From Escherichia coli (lineage in GTDB: Bacteria > Pseudomonadota > Gammaproteobacteria > Enterobacterales > Enterobacteriaceae): a stretch of DNA of 64,000 nt. The translations under genes and the position numbers were made by a program. The DNA lies in the NCBI RefSeq assembly GCF_030013205.1, contig NZ_CP122648.1; one strand, written 5' to 3'. Numbering within the stretch: position 1 is the stretch's first letter; every line of letters starts with the position of its first letter. The notes under the pieces are model-generated. The model saw only the letters and a list, made by a program, of their open reading frames with translations. It was not told the origin of the DNA and searched no databases. This document shows, in pieces, positions 16,753 to 28,226 of this stretch.

Positions 16753-18987
16753 ATGCAGGAAAACTGCTGGGATGAGGAATCCGCTTCCTTTATTCCGGTC
16801 GAACCAGAATCCGATCCGATGAACGTCAATTTTGACAAGCTGTCCCCTGAAGTACAGAACGCGGTCCTGGTTAAGTTCGACACATGTGAAAACATCACCG
16901 TTGATATGGTTATTAGCGCACAGGAATTGTTGCAGGAAGACATGGCAACATTCGACGGACATATCGTTGAAGCGTTGATGAAAATGCCAGAAGTTAACGC
17001 CATGTATCCGGAGCTTAAGTTGCACGCCATTGGGTGGGTTAAGCATAAATGTATTCCTGGTGCTAAATGGCCCGAAATTCAGGCAGAGATGCGCATCTGG
17101 AAAAAACGTCGCGAAGGTGAACGCAAGGAAACCGGAAAATACACGTCTGTTGTTGATCTCGCCCGCGCCAGAGCCAATCAACAGTACACTGACAATTCAA
17201 CAGGAAAAATCAGCCCGGTCATTGCTGCCACTCATCGCGAATACAAGCAGACATGGAAAACACTGGATGACGAACTGGCCTACGCTCTCTGGCCTGGTGA
17301 TGTGGATGCCGGAAACATTGACGGCAGCATCCATCGCTGGGCAAAAAATGAAGTTATCGACAACGACCGCGAAGACTGGAAGCGTATCTCGGCATCAATG
17401 CGCAAACAGCCTGATGCCCTTCGCTACGACCGCCAGACTATTTTTGGCCTTGTCCGTGAACGTCCGATCGACATTCACAAAGACCCTGTGGCACTGAACA
17501 AATACATTACTGAATACCTGACTACAAAGGGCGTGTTTGAAGATGAAGGAAGAAATCAGAGCGCAACTGATACTCTCTCGTCGCCAGTACCAGAAACTGA
17601 TGCAGTGGAAACGGCAATTCCGGACAACGAAAAAACCGAATGCAAAGTGGAAGTCGAACCATCTGTAGAGCGTGAGGGGCCGTTCTACTTCCTCTTCACC
17701 GACAAGGATGGCGAAAAATATGGTCGCGCAAACAAACTTTCTGGTCTGAATAAGGCGCTGACTGCAGGGGCTACTGAAATCACGAAAGAAGAATATTTTG
17801 CCCGTAAAAACGGTACATACTCAGGTTCACAACAAAATACTGGTGCATCTGACACGACCGCACAACCAGAGCCGGTAAAAGTTACCGCTGACGAAGTAAA
17901 CAAAATTATGCAGGCAGCCAATATCAGCCAGCCTGACGCCGATAAGTTGCTTGCTGTATCACGTGGTGAATTTGTTGCAGGGATTAGCGACCCGAATGAT
18001 CCGAAATGGGTGAAGGGGATTGAAACCCGCGATTCAGTGAATCAGAACCAGCAAGAAACGGAACAGAACGACCAGAAAGCGGAACAAAACAGCCCAAATG
18101 CGTTACAAAACGAGCCAGAAACGAAACAACCTGAGCCAGTAGCGCAACAGGAAGCGGAAAAAGTCTGCACCGCCTGCGGTCAGACCGGCGGCGGCAACTG
18201 CCCTGATTGTGGTGCGGTGATGGGCGACGCAACATACCAAGAAACATTCGATGACAAGAACCAGGTTGAAGTTCAGGAAGACGATTCGGAGAAAATGGAA
18301 GGCGCTGAACATCCACACAAAGAGAATGCTGGCAGCGCTCAGGATCACGCCAGCGATAGTGAAACTGGCGAGACGGCAGATCCCTTAATTACGGTGAACG
18401 GTCATCACGTTATCACATCCACCAGCAGGACGTGTGACCATCTAATGATCGACCTTGAAACCATGGGAAAAAATCCTGATGCCCCGATTATCTCAATAGG
18501 TGCAATATTTTTCGATCCGCAAACCGGAGATATGGGACCGGAATTTAGTAAGACTATCGATCTGGAAACTGCTGGCGGAGTCATTGATCGGGACACCATT
18601 AAATGGTGGCTTAAGCAATCACGCGAAGCGCAATCTGCCATTATGACCGATGAAATCCCGTTAGATGATGCACTGTTACAATTGCGGGAATTTATCGACG
18701 AAAACTCCGGTGAATTTTTTGTTCAGGTCTGGGGAAATGGAGCCAACTTCGACAACACGATTTTGCGCCGTTCATACGAACGGCAGGGGATCCCCTGCCC
18801 GTGGCGTTACTACAACGATCGCGATGTACGCACAATCGTTGAGCTGGGGAAAGCCATAGACTTCGATGCCAGAACGGCTATTCCATTCGAAGGTGAGCGC
18901 CATAATGCACTTGATGACGCCCGTTACCAGGCAAAATACGTTTCAGCAATCTGGCAAAAACTGATCCCGAATCCGGTTGATTTTTAA
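16753..18987 (+). CDS. Phage exonuclease, C-terminal DEDDh 3'-5' exonuclease domain (YdfE-like, full length)
   Basis: 744 aa; C-terminal motifs DLETMG / WGNGANFD / HNALDDA; central acidic Gln/Glu-rich linker with CTACG…CPDCG. Confidence 0.7.
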   Translation: MQENCWDEESASFIPVEPESDPMNVNFDKLSPEVQNAVLVKFDTCENITVDMVISAQELLQEDMATFDGHIVEALMKMPEVNAMYPELKLHAIGWVKHKCIPGAKWPEIQAEMRIWKKRREGERKETGKYTSVVDLARARANQQYTDNSTGKISPVIAATHREYKQTWKTLDDELAYALWPGDVDAGNIDGSIHRWAKNEVIDNDREDWKRISASMRKQPDALRYDRQTIFGLVRERPIDIHKDPVALNKYITEYLTTKGVFEDEGRNQSATDTLSSPVPETDAVETAIPDNEKTECKVEVEPSVEREGPFYFLFTDKDGEKYGRANKLSGLNKALTAGATEITKEEYFARKNGTYSGSQQNTGASDTTAQPEPVKVTADEVNKIMQAANISQPDADKLLAVSRGEFVAGISDPNDPKWVKGIETRDSVNQNQQETEQNDQKAEQNSPNALQNEPETKQPEPVAQQEAEKVCTACGQTGGGNCPDCGAVMGDATYQETFDDKNQVEVQEDDSEKMEGAEHPHKENAGSAQDHASDSETGETADPLITVNGHHVITSTSRTCDHLMIDLETMGKNPDAPIISIGAIFFDPQTGDMGPEFSKTIDLETAGGVIDRDTIKWWLKQSREAQSAIMTDEIPLDDALLQLREFIDENSGEFFVQVWGNGANFDNTILRRSYERQGIPCPWRYYNDRDVRTIVELGKAIDFDARTAIPFEGERHNALDDARYQAKYVSAIWQKLIPNPVDF

Positions 18988-19053
18988 TGTTCAACCCTGA
19001 TCGCCGTCCCCGAATTATATTGGCGGCGGTCATGCTGTAAGGCACGTGACCAC

Positions 19054-19305
19054 ATGTACGAATTAACTCTATCGCCAGCAGAGATTCAAGAGATCACGAA
19101 ATACGAGCGATACACAAAACAGCAACACCAGTTAAGGCTGCACGGTATCCCATTTGTAATCGGTCCTAAAAACGAACCAATAGTTCTTCGCAGGGATATT
19201 CCACACGGACTGACTACGATGCCAAAAGCACCTGAACTGGTTTCCGCTGAACCCGATTTTGAGGCGCTGAACAATGGGAAGACCAAGAAAAAACAAAAAA
19301 GATAA
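19054..19305 (+). CDS. Putative excisionase
   Basis: 83-aa ORF immediately upstream of and overlapping int; basic C-terminus. Confidence 0.45.
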   Translation: MYELTLSPAEIQEITKYERYTKQQHQLRLHGIPFVIGPKNEPIVLRRDIPHGLTTMPKAPELVSAEPDFEALNNGKTKKKQKR

Positions 19306-20293
19306 TGCACTACCACCGCGTGTTAGATCGAATGGTTACAGTTACGTATGGAAACCCGAAGGAAGCACAAGAACTATAGGGCTCGGAAGAGTGCGGGAAA
19401 CCAGCGTAGCTAAAGTCTGGCAAAATTATGAGCTGGAAAAAGCAAAACTCCACAACATAATGACAGTAGCTAAATTATGGCACATGTTTATGGACTCCCC
19501 TGCATTTACAGAACTGGCCCCCCGAACCCAAAAAGATTATCGGCAACATCAAAGGGCATTGTTGGCAGTATTCGGAAAAGTGCTTGCTGATAATGTAAAA
19601 ATTGAACAGGTAAGAATTTTCATGGATAAGCGAGGACTTGAGAGCAAGACCCAAGCAAACCATGAACTGGCAAGTCTGAGCCGTGTATACGGATGGGGAT
19701 ATGAGCGTGGGTATGTGAAAAATAATCCATGCAAAGGAGTCAGAAAATTCACACTTAAAGCCCGTACTGTTTACATCACCGATGAACAGTATGCTGCAAT
19801 ATATGCGGAAGCAATTCCACAGTTACGTATTGCAATGGAGATATCCTATCTTTGTGCGGCAAGGCTCGGTGATGTACTCGAGCTGAAATGGCAGGATATT
19901 ATGGAGAAAGGGATTTACATTGAGCAAAACAAGACCGGCACTAAACAAATCAAGGAATGGTCTCCGCGATTACGTACGGCGATCCAGTTAGCCCGAAATG
20001 TATCTTCCGGCACATGCGAGTATGTGATCAACACAACCAAAGGCGGGAAGGTAATAGCCAAGACGCTGAACAACTGGTGGAATCAGGCTAAACGTGCAGC
20101 CGAGCAAAAAGCCGGCGTTCCGTTTGGGTGCAACTTCCATGACATAAAAGCCAAAGGGATTTCACATTACGAAGGCAGCAGTCGCGACAAACAAATTTTC
20201 AGTGGACACAAAACAGAAAATCAGGTGTTGATTTACGATCGTAAAACCAAAATAACACCAACACTGGATTTGCCGCTTGTGGTCAGTAAGTAG
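19274..20293 (+). CDS. int: Tyrosine integrase (lambda Int family)
   Basis: 339 aa; N-terminal arm-binding region like lambda Int; conserved C-terminal Tyr region; 3' end 140 bp from the right att repeat. Confidence 0.9.
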   Translation: MGRPRKNKKDNALPPRVRSNGYSYVWKPEGSTRTIGLGRVRETSVAKVWQNYELEKAKLHNIMTVAKLWHMFMDSPAFTELAPRTQKDYRQHQRALLAVFGKVLADNVKIEQVRIFMDKRGLESKTQANHELASLSRVYGWGYERGYVKNNPCKGVRKFTLKARTVYITDEQYAAIYAEAIPQLRIAMEISYLCAARLGDVLELKWQDIMEKGIYIEQNKTGTKQIKEWSPRLRTAIQLARNVSSGTCEYVINTTKGGKVIAKTLNNWWNQAKRAAEQKAGVPFGCNFHDIKAKGISHYEGSSRDKQIFSGHKTENQVLIYDRKTKITPTLDLPLVVSK

Positions 20294-20433
20294 GCAATAC
20301 AGAAAATTTTCTGGCAAAAAGACTTGGTATATTAACTCTGAATAACTCCCTAATATATTGATTTTTCTTGGTGTCAAGTCTGATTAACTTTTCGGATATT
20401 TTCCGTATTATACTGATTTTTCTTTATTTTTCT

Positions 20434-20498
20434 TCGGTCTTGAAAACCGGCGACCCGAAAGGGTTCCAGAGTTCGAATCTCTGCGCTTCCGCCAAATA
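20434..20498. repeat. 65-bp direct repeat, right copy (partial tRNA-Ser 3' end; att core)
   Basis: Identical to 4-68; preceded by non-tRNA sequence, so a partial copy. Confidence 0.85.
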
Positions 20499-20700
20499 AG
20501 ATAAGGGGTTAGCTAACTGCTAACCCCTTTTTCTTTTGCCTGTCGAAATTCTCAGGGCGTTATATTTGCTTAATGACCTGATAATCCGCTGTTAAACCTG
20601 TTCCAGATCAAATGCGTAAAGATGGGTAAAACTTCTGGGTGCCCTTACGCATTATCATTATGCTGCTTAATTAATTACATCTGTCATAGAGAGTGACTCA

Positions 20701-21360
20701 ATGGATCGTATTGTTAGTTCTTCACATGACCGTACATCACTGCTTAGCACCCATAAGGTGCTGCGTAATACCTATTTTCTGCTGAGCCTGACGCTGGCCT
20801 TTTCGGCGATTACCGCAACTGCCAGTACGGTGCTGATGCTGCCATCTCCGGGTCTGATTCTGACGCTGGTGGGTATGTATGGTTTGATGTTCCTGACCTA
20901 TAAAACGGCGAATAAGCCGACCGGAATTATCTCCGCATTCGCCTTTACCGGTTTTCTGGGTTATATCCTCGGACCAATTCTGAATACCTATCTGTCTGCC
21001 GGAATGGGTGACGTAATCGCTATGGCACTGGGCGGAACGGCGTTAGTGTTCTTCTGTTGCTCTGCGTATGTGCTGACCACCCGCAAAGATATGTCGTTCC
21101 TTGGCGGTATGCTGATGGCGGGTATTGTGGTGGTGCTGATTGGTATGGTTGCTAATATCTTCCTGCAACTGCCTGCTCTGCATCTGGCGATCAGCGCGGT
21201 CTTCATTCTGATCTCCTCTGGCGCTATTTTGTTTGAAACCAGCAACATCATTCATGGCGGTGAAACGAACTATATTCGTGCCACGGTTAGCCTGTATGTT
21301 TCGCTGTACAACATCTTCGTCAGCCTGCTGAGCATTCTGGGCTTCGCCAGCCGCGATTAA
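20701..21360 (+). CDS. yccA: FtsH modulator YccA (Bax inhibitor-1 family)
   Basis: 219 aa, recognised sequence. Confidence 0.95.
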   Translation: MDRIVSSSHDRTSLLSTHKVLRNTYFLLSLTLAFSAITATASTVLMLPSPGLILTLVGMYGLMFLTYKTANKPTGIISAFAFTGFLGYILGPILNTYLSAGMGDVIAMALGGTALVFFCCSAYVLTTRKDMSFLGGMLMAGIVVVLIGMVANIFLQLPALHLAISAVFILISSGAILFETSNIIHGGETNYIRATVSLYVSLYNIFVSLLSILGFASRD

Positions 21361-21450
21361 TCTCACCCGCTAACACTTTCATAGCCTCGCTTTATGCGGG
21401 GCTTTGTTTTTTGTTACACTGCCGGCAGTCTGATTAAGGTAGTAATAATT

Positions 21451-21780
21451 ATGCTGATCTTCGAAGGTAAAGAGATAGAAACGGATACCGAAGGCTATCT
21501 CAAAGAAAGCAGCCAGTGGAGTGAGCCGCTGGCAGTGGTGATTGCAGAGAACGAAGGGATTTCGCTGTCGCCAGAACACTGGGAAGTGGTGCGTTTTGTA
21601 CGTGACTTCTACCTGGAATTTAATACGTCTCCGGCGATTCGTATGCTGGTAAAAGCGATGGCGAATAAATTTGGTGAAGAAAAAGGTAACAGCCGCTATT
21701 TATACCGACTGTTTCCGAAAGGTCCGGCTAAGCAAGCCACCAAAATTGCTGGCCTGCCAAAACCGGTAAAATGTATTTAA
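21451..21780 (+). CDS. tusE: Sulfurtransferase TusE
   Basis: 109 aa, recognised sequence. Confidence 0.9.
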
Positions 21781-22055
21781 TGGATACGAAAATCGGTTAA
21801 TTCCCCCGAGGGGTGATGCGGCTCGCTGAGCACCCGTTCTACACGCGCAGAACGCGGGCCGCCACTCTTTAACCACTGCATTAATTTTTCTACCTGCCCT
21901 TCTTCACCGCAGGCAACCACTTCCACGCTGCCATCGTCAAGATTTTTGGCGTACCCGGCTAATCCCAGTTTTTTCGCTTCGTACTGCGTGGTATAGCGAA
22001 ATCCTACGCCCTGAACTCGCCCGTAAACCCAGGCAATTATGCAGACTTTCGACAT
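21777..22055 (-). CDS. yccX: Acylphosphatase
   Basis: 92 aa from ATG at 22055; [21 protein letters not shown]…. Confidence 0.9.
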
Positions 22056-22149
22056 TGCTGCTCTCCTTATCCTTAATGGACGCGTTGCAAATCCATGGAA
22101 AACTCCGGACAATGACGCCCATTTCTTTGCATCGACAGAAAAGTAAATT

Positions 22150-23340
22150 ATGAGTGTACGTTTAGTGTTAGCCAAAGGGCGCGAAAAATCATTACTTCGT
22201 CGCCATCCGTGGATCTTTTCCGGGGCCGTTGCCCGCATGGAAGGTAAAGCCAGCCTCGGTGAAACCATCGATATTGTTGATCATCAGGGAAAATGGTTAG
22301 CACGCGGCGCTTATTCGCCAGCTTCGCAAATCCGGGCGCGCGTCTGGACGTTTGACCCGTCTGAGTCTATCGACATTGCTTTTTTTTCCCGCCGTTTGCA
22401 ACAAGCACAAAAATGGCGTGACTGGCTGGCGCAAAAAGATGGCCTCGACAGTTATCGTTTAATCGCCGGAGAATCTGATGGCCTGCCGGGTATTACTATC
22501 GATCGTTTCGGTAATTTTCTGGTGCTGCAACTGCTGAGTGCTGGCGCAGAATATCAGCGCGCGGCATTAATTAGCGCCCTGCAAACGCTGTACCCGGAAT
22601 GTGCGATTTACGATCGCAGCGATGTTGCGGTACGTAAAAAAGAAGGGATGGAGCTGACCCAGGGCCCCGTCACCGGCGAGTTGCCGCCTGCCCTGCTGCC
22701 GATTGAAGAACACGGCATGAAGCTGCTGGTGGATATTCAGCACGGACACAAAACGGGCTACTACCTGGATCAGCGTGATAGCCGCCTGGCTACCCGCCGC
22801 TACGTTGAAAATAAACGCGTACTGAACTGTTTCTCCTATACCGGTGGTTTCGCCGTATCGGCACTGATGGGCGGTTGCAGCCAGGTTGTCAGCGTTGATA
22901 CCTCCCAGGAAGCGCTGGATATTGCACGGCAGAACGTTGAGCTGAACAAACTGGATCTGAGCAAGGCTGAGTTTGTCCGTGATGATGTCTTTAAATTGCT
23001 GCGTACCTATCGCGATCGCGGTGAAAAATTTGACGTTATCGTGATGGACCCGCCGAAGTTTGTTGAGAATAAAAGCCAGTTGATGGGCGCGTGTCGTGGC
23101 TATAAAGACATCAACATGCTGGCGATTCAGTTGCTGAATGAAGGCGGAGTTCTCCTGACTTTCTCCTGTTCCGGTCTGATGACCAGCGATTTATTTCAGA
23201 AAATCATCGCGGATGCCGCAATTGATGCCGGTCGTGATGTACAATTTATAGAGCAGTTCCGTCAGGCAGCCGATCATCCGGTGATCGCTACCTACCCGGA
23301 AGGGCTATATCTGAAAGGGTTTGCCTGTCGCGTCATGTAA
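22150..23340 (+). CDS. rlmI: 23S rRNA m5C1962 methyltransferase RlmI
   Basis: 396 aa, recognised. Confidence 0.95.
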   Translation: MSVRLVLAKGREKSLLRRHPWIFSGAVARMEGKASLGETIDIVDHQGKWLARGAYSPASQIRARVWTFDPSESIDIAFFSRRLQQAQKWRDWLAQKDGLDSYRLIAGESDGLPGITIDRFGNFLVLQLLSAGAEYQRAALISALQTLYPECAIYDRSDVAVRKKEGMELTQGPVTGELPPALLPIEEHGMKLLVDIQHGHKTGYYLDQRDSRLATRRYVENKRVLNCFSYTGGFAVSALMGGCSQVVSVDTSQEALDIARQNVELNKLDLSKAEFVRDDVFKLLRTYRDRGEKFDVIVMDPPKFVENKSQLMGACRGYKDINMLAIQLLNEGGVLLTFSCSGLMTSDLFQKIIADAAIDAGRDVQFIEQFRQAADHPVIATYPEGLYLKGFACRVM

Positions 23341-23715
<375 letters not shown>

Positions 23716-23724
23716 TCCCTGAAC

Positions 23725-23762
23725 AAATCCCCGGAAGGTTTTTGCCTTCCGGGGATTTTTTA
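23725..23762. terminator. Bidirectional terminator between hspQ and yccU
   Basis: ccccggaagg…ccttccgggg hairpin with flanking A and T runs. Confidence 0.6.
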
Positions 23763-24173
23763 TTTGGCCAGGCCCAGGCGAGGGATCTCAATAGCCGGGC
23801 AGCGATCCATCACTACATTTAATCCGGCATCCCGAGCCAGTACTGCCGCTTGCTCATTAATCACCCCCAGTTGCATCCAGAGGGTTTTCGCGCCGATGGC
23901 GATCGCTTCCTGCGCTACGCCCCACGCCGCTTCTGAATTCCGGAAAACATCGACCATATCGACTTTTTCAGGAACTTCTGCCAGCGTGCCATACCCCTGC
24001 TGGCCCAGCAGCGTTTTGCCGGCAACTTTTGGTGAAACCGGAATGACGTGATACCCCTGGTCGAGTAGATATTTCATCACGCGATAGCTGGGACGATCGG
24101 GTTTGTCGCTTGCCCCCACCAGCGCAATGGTGTGAGTGGACGTTAAAATGCCTGCAATATCGGTTTCTTTCAT
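23760..24173 (-). CDS. yccU: CoA-binding protein YccU
   Basis: 137 aa from ATG at 24173. Confidence 0.9.
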   Translation of the reverse strand: MKETDIAGILTSTHTIALVGASDKPDRPSYRVMKYLLDQGYHVIPVSPKVAGKTLLGQQGYGTLAEVPEKVDMVDVFRNSEAAWGVAQEAIAIGAKTLWMQLGVINEQAAVLARDAGLNVVMDRCPAIEIPRLGLAK

Positions 24174-24345
24174 TATTTCCTCCAGACTGTTTAACAAAGT
24201 GTACGACAAAGCCGACATGCCAACCATGCAGCTAATACGAATGAATGAGAGCAAAAGCGGGAAATATGTCTATATGTTAGTAAGTATGATTAAAGAAAAA
24301 TTTTGACACATTATTATTCGGGCGGTCTTTTGACAGGAGCTACCT

Positions 24346-25008
24346 ATGAAAACCGGCATCGTGACCACCTTGATTGCATTATGTTTGCCGGTATCCGTTT
24401 TTGCCACCACGCTGCGGCTTTCAACCGATGTCGATCTTCTGGTACTCGACGGCAAGAAGGTTTCCAGCTCTCTGCTGCGCGGTGCGGACAGCATTGAACT
24501 GGATAACGGACCGCATCAGTTAGTGTTTCGCGTTGAGAAGACGATTCATCTTTCCAATAGTGAAGAACGGCTGTATATCTCCCCACCGCTGGTGGTCAGT
24601 TTTAATACCCAGCTCATCAACCAGGTCAATTTTCGCCTGCCTCGCCTGGAGAATGAGCGGGAAGCTAACCATTTTGATGCCGCGCCGCGCCTTGAATTGT
24701 TGGATGGCGATGCGACGCCGATTCCGGTAAAGCTGGATATTCTCGCCATTACCTCAACGGCAAAAACGATTGATTATGAGGTCGAGGTTGAACGCTATAA
24801 CAAATCCGCGAAACGCGCTTCACTACCGCAATTTGCCACGATGATGGCAGATGACAGTACGCTGCTTTCGGGTGTTTCCGAGCTGGATGCTATTCCACCG
24901 CAGTCTCAGGTGCTCACAGAACAACGGCTGAAGTATTGGTTTAAACTGGCTGACCCACAAACGCGAAATACTTTTCTGCAATGGGCGGAAAAACAACCAT
25001 CTTCCTGA
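24346..25008 (+). CDS. yccT: Periplasmic protein YccT (DUF2057)
   Basis: 220 aa with signal peptide. Confidence 0.9.
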
Positions 25009-25103
25009 GATTTTTGTGCCTGTGCGCAGGCTTTTTCGGTCTTTATCTTGCAGCGATAAGTGCTTACAGTAATCTGTAGGAAAGTTAACTACGGATGTAC
25101 ATT

Positions 25104-25562
25104 ATGGAACTGACGACTCGCACTTTACCTGCGCGGAAACATATTGCGCTGGTGGCACACGATCACTGCAAACAAATGCTGATGAGCTGGGTGGAACGGC
25201 ATCAACCGTTACTGGAACAACACGTACTGTATGCAACAGGCACTACCGGTAACTTGATTTCCCGTGCAACCGGCATGAACGTCAACGCGATGTTGAGTGG
25301 CCCAATGGGGGGTGACCAGCAGGTTGGCGCATTGATCTCAGAAGGGAAAATTGATGTATTGATTTTCTTCTGGGACCCACTAAATGCCGTGCCGCACGAT
25401 CCTGACGTGAAAGCCTTGTTGCGTCTGGCGACGGTATGGAACATTCCGGTCGCCACCAACGTGGCAACGGCAGACTTCATTATCCAGTCGCCGCATTTCA
25501 ACGACGCGGTCGATATTCTGATCCCCGATTATCAGCGTTATCTCGCGGACCGTCTGAAGTAA
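25104..25562 (+). CDS. mgsA: Methylglyoxal synthase
   Basis: 152 aa, recognised. Confidence 0.95.
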
Positions 25563-25593
25563 TATTGCACAGGTGGCAAACGCCACCTGTTTC

Positions 25594-27648
25594 TTACGGT
25601 TTTCTCGCCACCGGCACATCCAGATTTTTCAGTATTTCCACAAAGGGAGAGGGATTCTCTTTGTTAAACAGTGCCCATACCCGATGGCGTGCCCGGGTTA
25701 GCGCCACGTACATTAACCGCCGTTCTTCAGCGTCCGGGAAATCCTCAACCGGTGGCAGTAGCGCCTCTTCCATAATCGACTCCCGCGCCGCAGCCGGAAA
25801 ACCATCACTTCCCTCCTGCAAGCCAACGATAATGACGTAATCCGCCTGTTGCCCTTTGCTGGCATGAATGGTCATAAAGTCGATTTGCAACTTCGGCCAG
25901 CGTGTTGCCGCTTTTTCCAGGCTGGCAGGCCTCATGTGATGGTAACGCGCCAGGATCAGAATGCGCTCTTCCGGTTTGGCATAACCAGAGAGCTTATCCA
26001 GCAAAGCGTCAAGATGGCTCTCATCCAATAACGTGACGGCTTTTTTGTCTCCATTGGTTAAGCTGTTTAGCGGCTTTTTCAGCTGGCCTGGGTTCTGCTG
26101 AATAAACCGGTTTGCCACCTCACCGATACGACTGTTAAAACGGTAAGTCGTGTCTAAATCACAGCGATCGCCTTCACCAAAGTTTTCATGGAAAGCGGTG
26201 GTGAGCGACATTTGCGCACCGCTGAATCGGTAAATCGCCTGCCAGTCATCACCAACGGCGAACAACGTCGTCTGACTGTTTTGCTTGCGTAATGCCGCTA
26301 ACAACGCTGCCCGCTGCGGCGAGATATCCTGAAATTCATCAACCAGAATATGCTTCCACGGGCTGATAAAGCGACCTTTCTCCAGAATCACAATCGCCTG
26401 ATGAATAAGGCCCGAAAAATCGACAGCGTTTTCTGCCTTCAGCGCACCTTTCCAGGCTTTTAATAACGGGGCCATCAACTTGATACGTTTACTGAACAGA
26501 TCGCGAATCTCTTCGGGTGCACTGGCAATCATTTCTGCCTGTGCACCACCGTGCATCCGCATCAGACTTACCCAACGATCGAGGCGTGAGGCAAGACGAC
26601 GCTGTAATTTTTCATCATCCCAGAAGTTACCTTCTGGCACTGACCACTGCATTTCTTCCGTCAGCCATTGCCGCCAGCCCTTCGCCTGCGCTTTCTTTTC
26701 GCTGCATTGCTTGCGCCACTCAGCAATAAAGAGTTCATGACGGGCAGCGGTATCATTTTCCAGTTTGCTGACTATCGGAACTTTTTTGCTGCCCTGCTGA
26801 ATAATATGCAGCGCCAGCGCATGAAACGTGCGTGCGGTAATGTCTTCGGTATGTAGCCGTTCGCGAATACGCTCGTCCATCTCTTCAGCGGCTTTGCGAC
26901 CAAACGCCAGCAATAAAATTTGCGCAGGGGACGCTTCACCACGCGCCAGCAACCAGCCTGCACGGGCCACCAGCACCGACGTTTTTCCGCTTCCTGCACC
27001 AGCCAGCACTAACAAAGAATGCTCGCCATTAACGACTGCCCGGGCCTGCGCCGGATTCAGCGGTGAAGACTCGACCTGGCGGAAAAAATCCGCATACTCG
27101 GTAAGCATGGCTTCGGTATACGCCTGATTATGCTGCAACCGAGCGCTTTCAATATCTTTCAACCAGGCCTGACATTTACGCCACGCCTCACGGCAGTTAT
27201 CGAATTCTTCCAGTCGGTTAACCGGCAACGGCAACGCCGACAAAGCCTGGCGGATTTGTTGCTGCACGCCAGAGGTTTGCTCACGCGTCAGCCATTTATT
27301 TTCTCCAGTACGCGTGGCAATCAAATCCAGTTGCTGGCGTAAAACACCAGACGCAATTTCGCTCATCTCGCCACTCCACCGCCGCCAGTGAGCATCAAGA
27401 TGATGGTAAAAACGCTGCGTCTCGCCCCATTCGGTGCCGTGCAGACGCACCACTTTTTCGCCCGGCAGTACAAACTCCAGCTCGCCCCATACCAGACCGC
27501 GCTTACAGTGAATCGCCAGTAATTGATTGAAAGGAATAAGGTATTCGTGGCGATCGCCGGAGACTTTAATCCCGGCATTGAGGATCACCGCCCGATCGTA
27601 AGGGTGCTGTGCCAGACGTTTTCCAAGCGTTGTCGCTTTCAGTTCCAT
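25594..27648 (-). CDS. helD: DNA helicase IV
   Basis: 684 aa; Walker A GAGSGKT. Confidence 0.95.
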   Translation of the reverse strand: MELKATTLGKRLAQHPYDRAVILNAGIKVSGDRHEYLIPFNQLLAIHCKRGLVWGELEFVLPGEKVVRLHGTEWGETQRFYHHLDAHWRRWSGEMSEIASGVLRQQLDLIATRTGENKWLTREQTSGVQQQIRQALSALPLPVNRLEEFDNCREAWRKCQAWLKDIESARLQHNQAYTEAMLTEYADFFRQVESSPLNPAQARAVVNGEHSLLVLAGAGSGKTSVLVARAGWLLARGEASPAQILLLAFGRKAAEEMDERIRERLHTEDITARTFHALALHIIQQGSKKVPIVSKLENDTAARHELFIAEWRKQCSEKKAQAKGWRQWLTEEMQWSVPEGNFWDDEKLQRRLASRLDRWVSLMRMHGGAQAEMIASAPEEIRDLFSKRIKLMAPLLKAWKGALKAENAVDFSGLIHQAIVILEKGRFISPWKHILVDEFQDISPQRAALLAALRKQNSQTTLFAVGDDWQAIYRFSGAQMSLTTAFHENFGEGDRCDLDTTYRFNSRIGEVANRFIQQNPGQLKKPLNSLTNGDKKAVTLLDESHLDALLDKLSGYAKPEERILILARYHHMRPASLEKAATRWPKLQIDFMTIHASKGQQADYVIIVGLQEGSDGFPAAARESIMEEALLPPVEDFPDAEERRLMYVALTRARHRVWALFNKENPSPFVEILKNLDVPVARKP

Positions 27649-27770
27649 GACTCTGTAGATCCACACGAAATGATTTCTTATCAGTGTAACCGTCAGAGAA
27701 AACGTGCTCCAGCCCAAAAAAACGTTACAATTGCCGCCCATTACTGAAAACCACAGTAAAGCGAGGTTTT

Positions 27771-28217
27771 ATGCGTACCGTTTTGAACATTCTGAACTTT
27801 GTGCTTGGCGGATTTGCCACCACTCTGGGCTGGCTGTTGGCGACTCTGGTCAGTATTGTGCTGATTTTTACCTTACCGCTGACACGATCCTGCTGGGAGA
27901 TTACTAAACTGTCTCTGGTGCCTTATGGCAATGAAGCTATTCATGTCGATGAACTGAACCCGGCTGGCAAAAATGTGCTGCTAAATACTGGCGGTACGGT
28001 ATTGAATATTTTCTGGCTGATTTTCTTTGGCTGGTGGTTATGCCTGATGCACATTGCAACGGGCATCGCACAATGTATTTCCATCATTGGCATTCCTGTC
28101 GGCATTGCGAACTTTAAAATTGCCGCTATTGCACTATGGCCGGTCGGTCGTCGCGTGGTATCGGTAGAAACAGCGCAAGCTGCGCGTGAAGCCAATGCAC
28201 GTCGTCGTTTTGAATAA
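27771..28217 (+). CDS. yccF: Inner membrane protein YccF
   Basis: 148 aa. Confidence 0.9.
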   Translation: MRTVLNILNFVLGGFATTLGWLLATLVSIVLIFTLPLTRSCWEITKLSLVPYGNEAIHVDELNPAGKNVLLNTGGTVLNIFWLIFFGWWLCLMHIATGIAQCISIIGIPVGIANFKIAAIALWPVGRRVVSVETAQAAREANARRRFE

Positions 28218-28226
28218 TCCACTAAT

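Larger units (their letters stand above)
69..20433. mobile_element. Defective lambdoid prophage remnant (Qin-like early region) integrated at serT
   Basis: Bounded by 65-bp direct repeats; contains int, xis, exonuclease, dicB, P-like, rusA, Q-like, tail gene fragments; no lysis or head genes. Confidence 0.85.
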
